Under the pieces are notes generated by a model, which was given only the letters and a program-made list of their open reading frames with translations, did no database searches and was not told where the DNA came from. Made by a program: the position numbers and the translations under genes. Source: Magallana gigas (Eukaryota). From it: a stretch of 64,000 bases of DNA. Shown in pieces: positions 1-14,700 of this stretch; positions within the stretch are counted from its first letter, which is position 1, and every line of letters starts with the position of its first letter. The stretch lies in the NCBI RefSeq assembly GCF_963853765.1, contig NC_088857.1:8866001-8930000 (forward strand). The letters are read 5' to 3'.

Positions 1-2868
1 ATATTACTGGGGCACGTCCATAACACAATGTTCATGCGTCTTTTTTGTCCATCCGACTTGAGAACAATGTATGCATTACGTTTCATATATATAATAGATA
101 TACTCATTAAAAATAATATCATTGTATGAGTGAATCGTTTCTTTAAAAAAAACATTTAACTTGAAATAAGCATTGCAAATAATTTCCCGCCCTCCTAAAG
201 GGTCTTTGACAAAGTGGGATATCTTGCATCGTATACATCATTATAATGCATTTTGACGGTTATGACAGGGTATTTATTCAGACATTGATAAGAAACATAC
301 CAGGACGCATTATTTACTGCAGAGCGATACCAATGGTATTATTCTTTTGGAACAAAAACAGTATCTAATGTCTATATTTGAGTTACCGTATCAATATTTA
401 TTCATTCTACAATTATTAGAAAAAGGATAGGCTTTCTCTGGATTTTGAATTGTGTTATAGGCAAATATTAAGCATCTTAAAAGTCTATAAATGTCATTTT
501 TAACGCTGTTTTTGCTATTTGTTGGATACCTGACCACAAATTAAATGATCTGTATAAAATAAAACACTGTAAAATTAAGGAAGGGTTATTCATTGGTGCT
601 AATTAAAAATTATGGCTATTTTCTGTCAGGACAGAAGCGAAAATGTTCAGATGCTTATCGATAAACGATTTAATTAAGTGTAAATCTGCGCATGACCGCG
701 GGAAAAGTAATCGAAAGAAACAGCATGGCGAAAGAGAAATGACAGCAATTTTGTTAAAAAAATAATTTACTGAAAATACTCATTTGACGTTGACAAAAAA
801 ATATTACTGCAAAATTTTCGTTACGAAAAAATTACCACTATCAATAAACCTATAGACCAACAATTTTATTTACACCTGATCAGAGAATAAATTAACCAGA
901 ACGTCAGTATTTCCACTATTGGGATGACTCGACTCAAAACAGTAGTTTCTAATAGATGTCTTTTTTTTTCTTTTGTTTACGAGTGCGTTAGCCTGCTACC
1001 AGCATGCCGACCACGCTTTCGCGTCAACGTTTTGTTTCTTTACTAAATACTTACGTATACAAAGCATAAACAAACATTCGAGATCAAACCTCTTGGTGCG
1101 AAAATGCAACCAGGGCGAATCCACCCGGATTCAATCCAATTAAATATGCCGATACATTCAAGAAACGTCATATTAGGTTTGATTTTATTAATAACGCTTT
1201 AACAAACGTCCAGAAGAGGAGTTCTGTTTACTTTCATTTCCGTTATATCTCTTTTATACAGGTAAGCAGGCAATAATTCTAAACAACCTACTCTTAGATT
1301 TCTTTGTTTTGTTTTCATGTGAATGGTTTATGAAAAGAATTGCCTTTTTTGCTTTTGTATTTTGGGTCACCCTTTTAGTAAGTGATATCTCGAATCATCT
1401 TGTGTTCTCAAGATATAAATGTCAAATTTTAGTTTTAACTTATTAGTAGAAACTTGGTTTAAACATTAAATCTTTTAGAATTAAAAGTACTTTCATATCT
1501 GTTTTTATTCTTAACGGTGTTAAAATCCTCCTACTCAAATGTTTCATCAATTGTAGAAAGTTTAGCATAAGTCTGAGCTTTATTTTACCATTTTCTTTAA
1601 CACATCTACATGTAAAAACATATTTCCAAAAACTGCACAGAGTAAGTTGTGGATTCCGTGTCTTGTTTCCATTTTGATTGATTATATAATTTATATCTCA
1701 GACCAACCCATTGTTAGAAACAATAGAAACAAATTGTTATGCTGTTTATATTTAAGCCCGAGAATCTTGAGAAGTCTAGTAGAACGCATACAAAGATAAT
1801 TTGGTATCAGCTAAGGATTTGTGATCGGCGTCTTGAGAAATGTTGTACCAATTATCTTTAATAGCCATTCTATTGATTAGTCAAAAATATTAAAAAACCG
1901 TTGTTTTTTAAGCTATGGTGTTCTCGCTGAACATTAACAAATACACCATTTATGCCATGTGAATGAATTACGTAAATATTGCACTCTTTATGCCCAAGGC
2001 GGTATTATTTGAGATCTTTAAATTTATCAGATCCATTGAAAAGCCACTCTAAATTATTTTCTGTGCGTTGAGGTTGACTAATCATTTGACTGGAAGAAAA
2101 AAAAAAATGAATATTCTGTAAAGTTTTACTCTGTTTTCAGAAAGCAAATAGAAATAAATTAGAATAGCAACCATGGCTGAATTCTAAACTTCCTTAAAAC
2201 AGTTAGCCATATGGTTAACTATATATACAGGTTTTATTGCCTTTTATTAAACACATAAGATATTTAAATTTGTATATCGTGTCCATGTGATCCATCTCAC
2301 CAGTGTAACAAGATACATGTGCTTAGTTTCAAAACAATTACCATTATATTGTGGTAAATTCTGAAAAATATAATAACATCAACTGCAAGTTCCAGACAGT
2401 TATATCCACTAAGAAGTGTTCATATTATTTTTCTTAAGAAATGCAATTTTGTTTCATATGTTTCTGAAAAAAAAAACCAATTAAGATTAAATCAATTATT
2501 CCTTATATAAAATAGACATTTCTTTTGAAATTTAAACTACACTGTTAATTTCACTAAATCTCAACGTTTATACAAATACTCAACACCATTTATTGGTGTA
2601 AACTCTTATGCAGGTTATGTATTCTATTGCAATGCCCACAACCTAAAACCTCGTATGAAAGATTTCAGCTAACTTTTCATGTTCCTATAATGAGTCTAGG
2701 TCTGGTCTGAGGATAACTCACAAAGATTCGGAAGTTTTATATTTGTACAAACTGTATTGAATTACTGATAACGTCGTTTATATCACTTACCTGTATTTGT
2801 ATTTTTTTCTGAAACATGTTTTTTTTATTTAAACAGATTTAAATTTTGAGACAAAAACCGTCAACACC

Positions 2869-5800
2869 ATGGACACATCAATGACCCATTATAGAGTACG
2901 CCGGTGTTCTGTGTGTCCTAATGACGCAGAGTATCTTTGCGCATCGTGTCCGTGTGATCTATGTCCCCATTGTAAAGAGAATCATGTCCAAGATCTCGGA
3001 ACTATTGACCATCGTGTTGTATCGTTCCATGAGACATATTTACCAGTACAAGAGATATGTCTGAAACATCCTGACTATCTCTATAGAAAGATCTGTAAAT
3101 GGTGTGATCGTACTGATTGCTTCCATTGCAAAGAGCATGAACAAATATCATTACATGCCATGAGAAATAAAACAAAGCATCAAAAAGAAAGAACATCAAT
3201 TCACATAATTAAAAACGAAGCTCTCTTATATAGAGGTGTTCTTATGGAAAGCATCAAAACTGATGTCAACATCTGCCAAAACAAATTCTCCTTCTACAAT
3301 GTAGATATGTTAACAAACGCTCAGAGACTGAAGGATCTCGTTGGAAAGGTGTTGCGAAACTTCCATTTTACGCACAGATGTTTAAATCAAAAGATGAAAA
3401 TGAAGAGATATCTTTCCAGCGCTGAAATATATGAACACACTTATGAACAGTCGGCAATCAGACCGGTACACTCTCTATTGAACAAAAAGAAAACATGCCT
3501 CCCCAAGATACATCTTACACACCACACAAGCCAACTCTCCATGAAAGAGTTACTTGAAAAAGGAAGTGTAATAGACTTTCTGACTAAAATTCAAGTCACA
3601 GAGAAGGGAAAACGACGCATAGGAAATGAGCATCTGTTAAAACTAATGCCTGGTCCCGAGTTGCATCAATCTGTCACATTACCAAGTTCTCATGGCTGTT
3701 TTCATATGACCAGTGTGACATCAAATTGGTTTTGGGCCAGTTATAACGATAACAATATTATCTTGTCAAACACTACAGGCGACAAATTGTATCATTTATT
3801 AGATACACCTTCTGATCTCCTCAGTGGATATGGAGCACACACAATGAACAGTTCAAATGAATTGATTTATATCGACAAAGAATATAACATCAAAAAACTA
3901 TCGATGGATTTGAAAACAACGACCACATTTCTAACAAGAGCACGACTTGAACTGAGACCGCAGTGCATGCACTGGTCCCTGACAACTAGTCAACTACTTG
4001 TCGGAATGTGTAAAAAGCACACCAAATATATAAAACTATCTGAAGAGTCCGAGAAGTTTCCAGAAGATACATGGACAGGCGTTGTAACCCGATTCAATGA
4101 AACCGGACAACTTACACAAAGAATACCGGAATCTCGTGGGGACACAGAAACTGAACTGTTCAAATATCCATGCAAAATAACAGAAAACAACAATGGAGAT
4201 ATTGTAGTTTCTGATTGGTCTACGGCTGTAGTGGTGACGGATCGTGAAGGGAAGCATCGTTTTTCCTACACAGGACATCCACCAGGATCAAAACTACAGC
4301 CACGTGGAATTTGTACGGATGCACTTTCACACATCTTGGTATGTGATGATGAAACCGAGACAGTACAGTTGTTAGATAAAGATGGTAAGTTCTTGCTTCA
4401 TCTACTGATAAGACCACCAGGGATAATCAGACCACACAATTTGAACTATGATGTCGCCACTCATCGTCTCTGGGTTGGATCAGAGGACATTAACAAGGTT
4501 CTTGTCTACAAGTATATTACCCGACAAGACGCCGTAATTGGTAAGTCTGTCGTGATTACTTATCTTTGTCATTATTAGGTAACAAGATATAAGTATGCAT
4601 TACTTTTTCTCTCTAAAAATCATAAACTCATTTATTTTGTTATCAGTTCATCATACACGTACCTATCATTTTAATTTACATGTCCATCGCATTGTCACAA
4701 TTTAAGAGTGTATTTTCAAGTGGCTTCTTCCATTGGCTATATATATATTTTTTAATACCAAACAGGTAAACCCTGCAAATAATTGACACAAAGATGATAA
4801 TGACACAATACTGTTAAAATTATGGTAGTCTCGAACATCAATGAGACTATGAAAAAGGCATTTATATTAGATATGAACACGGATATAACATATAATTAAA
4901 AACACTTTTTATGATTTGTGATGGTTACTAGTAAGTAAATGATTTTATACAACTTGTAGAAACTCATATACCAAAACAAATCATTAAAATTCGTCTTCTC
5001 CTTAGCCACTTTAGTAAATGTATTATACATGTATTTATAAACTCAGTGTGAATTTTTTTCATCATTTTTGTAGATCAATATCAAAACACTACTATTATGG
5101 AGTCACCAAATGAAAACCTAACCCAGGAAACAGAGACACAGCAGGACAGAAATGAGTGTCTGCTGCAACTGATGTCTTCCCCTGAGTTACAACGATCATT
5201 CACAGTAAAAGATGTCAAATCTTGTTATCACATTTCCTATTTTAAATCAGACCTTGTTTGGGTAAGTGAAAGTTGTAATCTTGTACTGACAAACACTACA
5301 GGCAGCACTGAACATCAATTGACGGACGTACCTGTTAATACAGTCAGTGGATCACACACTGTGAACAGCGAAGGAGAATTGTTTTTTATAGATAGTGATT
5401 ATAACATTAAAAAACTATCAAATGATATGAACACAATCACTATATTTGCAAAGCAAACAGACGACCCTAAGTGGACACCATGGAGTGTGTACTGGTCACC
5501 GTCCGGTGGAGACTTACTGGTCGGCAAGTGCAAAGGAAATCCGGAAACTGGCAAAGTTTCCCGGTACAACCGAACCGGGCAGCAGACACAACCAAGGCAA
5601 CACAACAACTCAGATCTAGAGATATATAAAGACCCTAAAATTATCACAGAAAACAATAATGGAGATATCGTGGTCTCTGATTTTGATGCTGTAGTTGTGA
5701 CAGAGCGTGAAGGAAGACATCGTTTCTCCTACACAGGGCATCCACCAGGGTCACCTCTAAAACCCCGTGGTGTCTGCACTGACGCAATGTCCCACATCCT

Positions 5801-6431
5801 AGTGTGTGATAATAGATCCCGCACAGTGCATATGTTAGATGAAAACGGTCAGTTTTTGTCATATCTATTACCAAAATCACAAGAGATGGGCGTACCAAGC
5901 AGCCTGAGCTATGATGCTAACACTCATCGTCTCTGGCTAGCAGCAGGATCATATAAAAAGTACAAGGTGTTTGTCTACAAATATATGACTCTGAAAGACC
6001 CTCCGACTGGTATGTTGTAAAATTAACATTTCAAAGATATTAAAATTGTGTTATTATAAATATTTAGCTATTGCATGACATTTTCTCAAATATATGTAAA
6101 GAGCGGAACTGTATGATAGATGAGTCATTCTAAAATATTTTTCAAAGTAATTTAACATTTACTGTCATAAAATTCTTGCACTAATATGATTGTTTTATTT
6201 GATTTGATTGCTTTATTTGAATGCAACTTGATTTCAATTTTTTTTCGGGAGAATTCGAAAAAATCAATAAATTGATTAATTTCAAAGGAGTATTGGGATA
6301 AATTGGCACACATCTTATATGAATCGAACATATCACAGGTTATTGTCACTAAGATGATTAATAATTATTGTAAATCCTTTGTAGATGAAGAACATCCACA
6401 GGATCCTGAAGGGTTTCCTTTATCCAACTGA
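2869..6431 (+). CDS. RING-less TRIM-like protein: two B-box-like zinc motifs, helical region, two tandem NHL-type beta-propeller domains (3 coding exons, ~884 aa)
   Basis: Exons 2869-4540, 5074-6009, 6385-6431. The donor ATTG|GTAAGT (4541, phase 1) joins acceptor TTTGTAG|AT (5074) in frame with the 5097 ORF. The donor ACTG|GTATGT (6010, phase 1) joins TTTGTAG|ATGAAGAACAT...AACTGA. Zinc motifs: CSVC..CASC..LCPHCKENH....DH and CLKH...CKWC...CFHCKEH. Both propellers carry ITENNNGDIVVSD and HRFSYTGHPPGS..PRG.CTDA.SHILVCD. The third exon is the least certain. Confidence 0.8.
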
Positions 6432-7873
6432 ACCTCAGCCTGTGAATCAAAGTACATGTATATTATACATGTATATCTAAAAGATAATACTGCCAAAACT
6501 AACATGCCTTTGCACTTAAAATGGCAGACGTGCAACACTGCCTCCTGATTATTTCACAATGATTCTGAATTTAATGTAAGTAACACCATACTCTAACGAA
6601 ATAAGTATTTTTAAATACTTCATCATTTTAATAAAATAAAATATTTTTATTGTTATAGTAAACATTTTAATGGGGATAGAGAGTACCGTTGTTTCGCCTT
6701 TATATCAATAACATTTGAAAGAAGATGAACATTTGGTTATTTATCTTTTTCTTCATATCTTAAGTTAGTCCATCCATAACTATCACATTTCCTATCTAAT
6801 AGATTGCAAGTTTGATCACTAAAATCTTAGTGTGACTTTAAGGAGTTTATTAAATAAAAAAGTTTCACCTTTGAAATCTTAAAAAAAAATTAATGTTATT
6901 ATTATCATTAATCTTATGTTGAAGTTAACATTGAAGTCTGTGGAAAAAATGCACTTTTGAATATATTTCTTTAGTACAAGTATTTTTCTCACATTTCTCT
7001 TGGTGAAAAGTTGCAAAAGCGTTCTCCGTCTTTGAATATGCTAAAATAATTCATAGATTACCATACATATTTTTAGAAAATTATTTTTTTTTGAAAAAAA
7101 TTTCCTAAAGGGCAGACAACTCTTTAAAATAGTTTTAAGTGCAAAGAGTTCATTTAATTGACTACATACATACACCCAAGTTTGGTTTACACCAGCCTTA
7201 TAATAGCTTTAAAATACGTATTTGATGTAGTATATATCAATCAAAATTGTTAAATTCACCTTAGTTATGGATGGACTGCCTTAAATTGAAAATATGTTCA
7301 AATAAGTTTTTACAATACAATGTTGCAATACAATTCACGTTGATTGTTTTGGTATTTTTTTTTAAATCAGATAGAATACGAAATAAGTTGAGCATATGTA
7401 TATTTAAAAGCTTTTCTTCTGGGGACTACTTTATATTAATCAACTTCTTAAATTGTAAACATGAAAAAACCATATACGACTTCTTGAGACACCCAGAAGT
7501 TCATAGGTTTGAAGAAAATTAAAATCAACAACAATTGCATGTTTCAAAAATCTATCACGATATATGTGTGTAAAAAACACTCACTGTATTTTTAAGGCGT
7601 CGAGCTAATGCTCGGCAGCCTTATAGCGATCGTCTGGATTGGCAATCGTCCAAAAATTCATGCTCTGCACCGCCTTTTAAGTGCGCACAAGAAATAAGTT
7701 CCTTTAAGTATTAAACGTATTACAAGATTTTTATTCCATTTATTCAACTAAATTGTGTACAAAAACCCATCTTTGCCTCCCTGGTTATTGACAACTCATT
7801 GCATAAGTATTTGCTGAAACAAAAAATGGCGGATGAATACAATAAGGTGTAAACATTTACTAAATAGTAATTA

Positions 7874-7984
7874 AGTTTATCGCTTATATTTTAATTGGAG
7901 ACCGTGCCCGATAGAAATAAAATTTAATATGTAAATTTACCATTTATCGGGCACGGTCTCCAAAATAAATGTAAGCGATAAACT
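7874..7984. mobile_element. Small MITE with ~40-bp imperfect TIRs, TA-flanked (Tc1/mariner-type)
   Basis: Left arm AGTTTATCGCTTATATTTTAATTGGAGACCGTGCCCGATA and right arm TATCGGGCACGGTCTCCAAAATAAATGTAAGCGATAAACT are near reverse complements. TA lies on both sides (7872-73, 7985-86). Confidence 0.65.
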
Positions 7985-8796
7985 TATCTGGTGATTTTGT
8001 TGCAATAAGAAAACACGATAATGCAGTTGGTTTGGTCGAGCATTTTAGATAGCACATGTTGTGGATTTGTTTGTAAACAATCATATCATAGGTAATCTTG
8101 TTTCAAACGGGAATTGATATAAATAAAAGTATGTTTTATCATCGTTATAATTAGGGACACACTGTTAATTATTCAAATTATGAACCTGTGAAAATTGTTT
8201 AAAGACTGTTTAAAGCAGAAAGAAAATATTTTTTTGAACTTTGAAATTTCTTCGATTTTTGTATCCATGATGAGTTATTGTATTAGTAACGTGCACTATC
8301 TATTTTATAAGGAAATATACTGATTTTTGTTTTTAAAGCAGCACAAAACATAATTCATTTACTTTTTTATTCTAGTAATATTTGATATACAACTATTAGT
8401 AGAAAACTGGAGAAATTCAAATTATTGATATCATATATATTCTATATAAAAGAAAATGTCAGCTCGACGCCTTTGTGGCCGTTCCGGCCTTTGATTAAAT
8501 AAACAAGAGAACGTTGCGATATTTTTATGTAAATGTGTTGTTGTTATAAGACATGACAAATCGCAAGACATGATACATTCTAAGTTGAGTGCAATCAAAA
8601 CATGTGCAAATGTTAAGTTTTATTGTGAATTTCATTGAATAGTTCATTCTGCATCACACAAAACAAAAGCAAGGACAAAGTCTCTACAGTTCTAGATGTT
8701 GTTGATAGAATCCATGGAATCAAAACTCTGAAAAAGACAAATTGAAACAAAATGAGGAGATGACAGATTTACAATCGAATAAGTATAAAAACCTAT

Positions 8797-11700
8797 TTAT
8801 AGACAAAGAATCCCAAAAGGCAATTTATTATAAAAGAAATTTTCCTTACGGAACGAATCTCGAAATAAGTTCGGAACAGTATCGTACGCCGGTGGTGGAC
8901 TGCGGTTTGTTGGAGAGGGCACTACAATAAAAAGGTTTATAAACCTTATACATAAAGATAAATTCAAATTTTTTAAAGTTAAATACTGTGCTTTCATTAA
9001 TATTCAATGGTATCAATTTTCGTAGATAAAGTGAAAATCACAGTTTCAAGGATATGTAAATTCGAGGCCAATGACCATATCAATACAAAATGTTAATAGA
9101 AATTGCACTTCAATGAACATGTAATTTCATGGATTAACTTAACAACGAAATCCACAAAAATTGGTATTCAACAAATATTGATGAAACCACAGTATCGGAT
9201 TGTGATATACTTGGCTGATCTGGGGGTCTTTGGGCATTTGGCTTCGACCTCGGCTTTCGCTGTTTGAATTCAGGTTCATCTGGAGAACTAGGTGGTACTT
9301 TACTGCATTTGGAAGCAATGCTGCTGAACCCATTGCTTTGGAATATGAAAGTATATACGATCATAATTTCTTTTAAAGAAATAGTTTCTCACAACATTGT
9401 AAGTCTGAAATTGTGCATCAACGAATGCAAATAAGAAATTTATAAATACGTGTTTTGTTGCCATGCTCCCACACTGAATGATTAAATTTTGGCACATTGA
9501 AAAGGGGGAATAACTCATTTTCTTATCCAATTTACAAAAGAAAATGTTAATCTTCTTTTTCAAGCTTTATGCATGTTTTATAAAAAAAAAAATCAGCATC
9601 AAATAACTCCATATGCTCCGTTTGCTAAATATTGTTAATAACATTAAGACGTAGTTCGACTGGAATACACTGCTTTGTCTACTTACCCAACTTTAGTTGC
9701 AACTGACGTCAGTACAGACTTGATCGCACTTGGTAAGTAGTTGAATATCATTCCAAACATGAGCAAAACAAACACCACAGAGGCCACCGCTAGGGGGAGG
9801 GCCACATACATGTTTTCCGGATTTGTAAAAGTGGACACCATTTTCTCAGTGGTAGTGGTAGTGCTAGTTGTTGTAGTCAGAACAACATTCACCGTGACCT
9901 GGAGGGTGGAATTCTTCCCTGCTCGGTCCAAAGCGACGACATTGAAGACAAGAGTATCTCCAGTGCACATCGAGGTCAAAACATCTTTTGTGTAAATGAC
10001 ACCGTTTTCTTTTATGCCAAAATAATCTTTTGTGAGACCACTTTGGTCCAGTATGTAGTAGATGGAGCCATGGTCATTACTGGCTCCGTCACTTTCATAT
10101 GCAGAGACCTTGGTTACTTCTGTCAGAGCCTAGAGAAGGAAAGGGAGAACAAACATAACTACACTTATATACCTTACCAAAGTGGTAAGTTACCTGATAT
10201 TATTCCTTTATATTTGCATTTCCATTGTTCTTTCCCACTGTAAGCCCATACGGAGGAGCTGCAATTATTTCTCTATAATCGCAATTGCTCTGTCAGTATA
10301 CTATGACGTCATAAAGGTGTAACGTTATGTATACTTTTCCATGACGTTATAGATTTAAACCACTATACGATACATCATGTGTTTTTCTCCAACTCCATTA
10401 AAATTGACGTATTTACATGTAATATTAAAACATGTATTTGATAACATTTTAAAGGAATTACTGTCATTGATTCTGTTAACAAATCTATGTGAATTAAAAA
10501 GATACATTGCAGTCTGAATGTTTCCTTTTGATGTAATAGCTAAATGTCAAGGTCTAGGCTAATACAGGGTATTTGCAAGTGGTAAAATGCAAATATAAGT
10601 AATAAACAACGATTATTTAGTGAACATGGCGTTATGAATAGCAACTGCTCTGCTGGCATATTTTCTATGATGCGCTAGCGCGCATCATGGAATATGCCAA
10701 CAGAGCAATTGCTATTCATAACGCCATGTTCACTAAATAACGTTGTTTATTTCTTAAATACATACTACTTAGTACATTTGTATCTGTTACTTGGTTTATT
10801 GCTGTGCCATACTTTCAATTTTGGAGAATCCAACCTCTGATTTACTTATAAACTGATGCAATACCCAAGAAAAATAAAATTTGAAACTTGCCTCGGCAAT
10901 GCATTCCACATAAACAGAAATGGATGATTGGGGAAATGTGGGAGCTGCCTCGTTTTCATGTTCTACATTTATAGACAATTCTGCTGAGTCACTCAGCCTT
11001 CCATCAGATATATACACTGTACACATGACATTCGTTGGGACCCCACTGATGTCCAAGTCATACACAGTTTTGAATTGAATGGACCCTGTTGAGGATCCAA
11101 ATGAAAATCGACCTGTGTCGGCTCCACAGTCGAATTGGAATGTCAACGAATCTTCATCCGGGTCGTTGTACTTCCACGGAGGCGTAGGCAGTGATTGACC
11201 TGCCTTTAAAATATTAAAAAAAAAACTTCTTCAAGATTAATTCTATCGCTTCCGTCATCATCATCATCATCATGATCATCATCATCATCATCACCATAAA
11301 CACAAAAAACCAACGGAACAAAATTGCTCAAAAATGTTAAATTCAGTATTTATTACTGAAATCAAATCGTTAAGATTACCGTATTGGGTTACAATAGGTT
11401 ATTTCTAAAACCCAGCCCACAGAATTAATAACCATAAACACCCCATTGACCCCCTTCCCTACCGGTCCTTCTGTGGTGGAGACGGAGTAGTATTTCTGTA
11501 GGAACACTGGACTCTCGTTCTCATTAGTGATGTCGATGTACAGAGTCTCCTTGTCGTAGTACTTCCCGTCCGTCACGGAGAGGTCCATGCGGTACCTGTT
11601 GTTGTCGTCCTGTAGCTGCTCTCTGTCGATTGTAAACCATGAGCTGGTCCTAAGCTCGCCAGCTTAAAAAAAGATAAAACTTTAAGCTTAAATCAATATT

Positions 11701-14700
11701 TTAAGTCTTACTTGTATCATTTTAATTGTTGATTATATATTATAAACTAGTTTTTTTGTTTTTGTTTTTTTTTTTAGATTTATTTACATTGCTATATCTT
11801 GTCATATTTCTTTATATTGTGGGAAAAAAATGAAAAGTACAAAACAACTTTGTATGAATAAAAATGAATTTTAAATGATATTTTTTAATTTGTGTTCCTA
11901 TTATACAAGTATAACTACTACTTCATAGAACCAGAATTACTTGTTTTGTCCAGTTCAAACAGACTGCTGCCTTCTCCGTGATTAAAAGAGGCCGCAAAGG
12001 TCAAAGTATCATGGGGGTCAGGGTCACTGGCCGAAAATGTATAAATAGACGTGGAAGGAGGCGTGTTCTCCATGACAGTCAGCGACTTGACATTTGTTAA
12101 CACGGGTTTGTTGTTGACGTCTGAGTGAAACAACACAACAAATTCAGTTACCTCAGATTATTGTGACATTTAATTTTGATGAAGATGAATATTGTGCAAT
12201 TTTTTACAGTAGGATTTATTTTATCACCAACCCCATTAATAATGACTATTTAAGTACATATACATGTACGTACTGACTATAGTGACCGCAATAGTCTGGC
12301 CAGTGACTGTGTTGTGTCCATCTGTCAGCGTCAAGGCCAGCGAGTATGCACTGTTAGAGCTGTGTAGTAGATTTCTATTTACTACCAACAACCCATCTGT
12401 AACGCAAAACAAAATTCTCCTATATCTGTCGTTATCGTAATATTTGTAGAACGAGTTTCGACTACTTTTCACTTTCACCACTCCTCTACAGTTTAATACA
12501 ATTATCCATAATTCTCGATAAAGTTATAAAAAAACAACCTACTGTTTAACAAGAGGAACGGAGAGTTAGAAGGAGAACTGGACATGGTCAGCCAGAGGTC
12601 GTCATTTTCTGGATCAGATGTTGACACTGTAAATATGACATCGCCAATTCCAGCTTCTTCAGCATCCACTGTAACTTGCCCTTTATATGAGAATAGTATG
12701 GATTGTATATTCAGCTGAGAACATGCTCATGTACATGAATACGTTTAGTTATTACCGCTATATATAAGCATTTGGCTCATTATCATCATGCAGATTAAAA
12801 GAATTACTCTGTATAACTTACAGTACGTATTGTGAAACTGGGGGCTCTCGTTCCGCTTGATGCTGACTGTGTAGGTCCCGGTGGCTGTATTGGTATTGTC
12901 CGAGCACTCCAGTTGTAAATTATATGTATGCTTTGTGGAATAACTCAGCTGGGGCCAGTCATACACAAATATGTCGTACGCTGCGGTAAGATATGAAGAA
13001 AAGTTTCAAGGAATGCATACAGTGTATATACACATATATTCTCACGCAGACTAGCCAACTGATGGAAAATAGAAATATAAAGTTTTAGGAATGCAAAAGT
13101 CTATACGCGGACAAATTTATTGAAACTGGTTATGTCTGTTTTGTCAGCTTCTGTTTGAAAACAACCGGATTTCTTCAATGATCTATATACATGAGAAAAG
13201 TTTTCTATAGATGTAAACAAGATGTCTTACTTTTGACGGCATTCGAGGTTTGTCTACAGTGGAATGGGCCCTCGCTGGGGTTAGCGATGTCACAGTACAC
13301 GGGGTCAGTGGTTGAGGAGTCACTGGTCACTATGGTGTAAAGGGACTGCTGGGTCTCCGTGTCCTCAAGCAGGTCCTTGTACTGGGCGTCTAGGTTCGTA
13401 ATGGAAATAGGCTGAAACAGTGTCATAACTTATCAAATTAGCAAAGTTACATGTATATAAGTCGAATCACTGTGCAGTAGTATTTTAAACTACATTTATC
13501 TATGATTCTTACTTAAAAGATCACAGGATCAATTGTTTGGAAAAATGGAGAAAAGGCTTTAAAATTATTCTTATTTATGGTTCCTCACCGCATTCTGTAC
13601 AGTGATGGTCAGTGTTCGCGAAGACTGGCGCATGCAGGCATTCATGATGTAAAACTCCATGGTATAGGTACCCTCAGGTATGTCATCAGTGGCCGTTTTT
13701 ACTTCAACTACATAAAAAAAAACCCAGTGTTAACTCAGTCGTTAGATAGAACCATTTTAATAAGACCTTGGACTTTCGGTAGGACGTAACTATCTATTTC
13801 TTGCATCAAAAAGTTGAAAATGACGCTGGTTTCGTGTGAAATATACAAAGATTTCGTGGTATTAGGTTAAAAGCCAAACAGAACTTGTTGATGTCAAAGA
13901 GCCACTGCTGAGTGGCCAGCAATGAAATAGACATGTCTACGTCACAGTGCTGTTTGACACAAATACCCAAAGTTCAAGCTCTTGTTAAAATGGTTGTTGT
14001 TGAATTTATTTTAAAAGAAATAGACATTTTTGGACTTGCAATAATATGCCACCATACATGTACATGCAAATGTCGATTGACTGACCACACACAAGCGAAC
14101 TTAGTCTACTAGTATATCGTTTTTAAAGCTTAAATATTTTATTTTAAAACTTTAAATTTGTTGCTGATCATTAAAGAGGATTTTGATTTCCATCCATTAA
14201 ATACAAACGATAATCGGACAAGTAGTGTTAAGAAACATTAAATTGCAGAATATAGATCGAAGCACAGGCAAAAGCAAAATCAATATTTGATCTCACGAGT
14301 TGAAGTATCCAGGGTAAAGAATTGGCTGGAGTACAGCTTCTGTTCAATGAATAGGTCTGTGTTGAGAGTGGTTTGGTCAAGGTAGAAGAAGGTCAGGTCA
14401 AGGACTTTGGTTCCGCTGGGGGCGGAGTCCAGGATCGTAACGGAAGCTGGGAAGGTGAGGGCGGGTGTCGTCCCTGGTTATTCATTGAAAATATAGTATT
14501 TCAATATTTTGAATTAAAATTATTTTTTCATTACTTGTGCAAGATACCTGTTTTAAATAGTGTAAAATGGATCTGCGCTAACCTGCCACAATATTCGCCT
14601 GGACACCAAACAAGATGTTGTACTCTGCTCCCGTGACGCTGGACCAGTCAACAGTCTTCCCTTTCTTGATGTTTTCCTGCGATATCCCGGTAATGTACTT

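Noticed and set aside
3002-5898. Several minus-strand ORFs overlapping the B-box/NHL gene
   Set aside because: They are antisense shadows of real coding exons with no motifs of their own.
7596-8473. 13-bp inverted match AAGGCGTCGAGCT / AGCTCGACGCCTT as the ends of an ~880-bp transposon
   Set aside because: The match is short and there is no matching target-site duplication (TTAA on the left only), so the evidence is insufficient.
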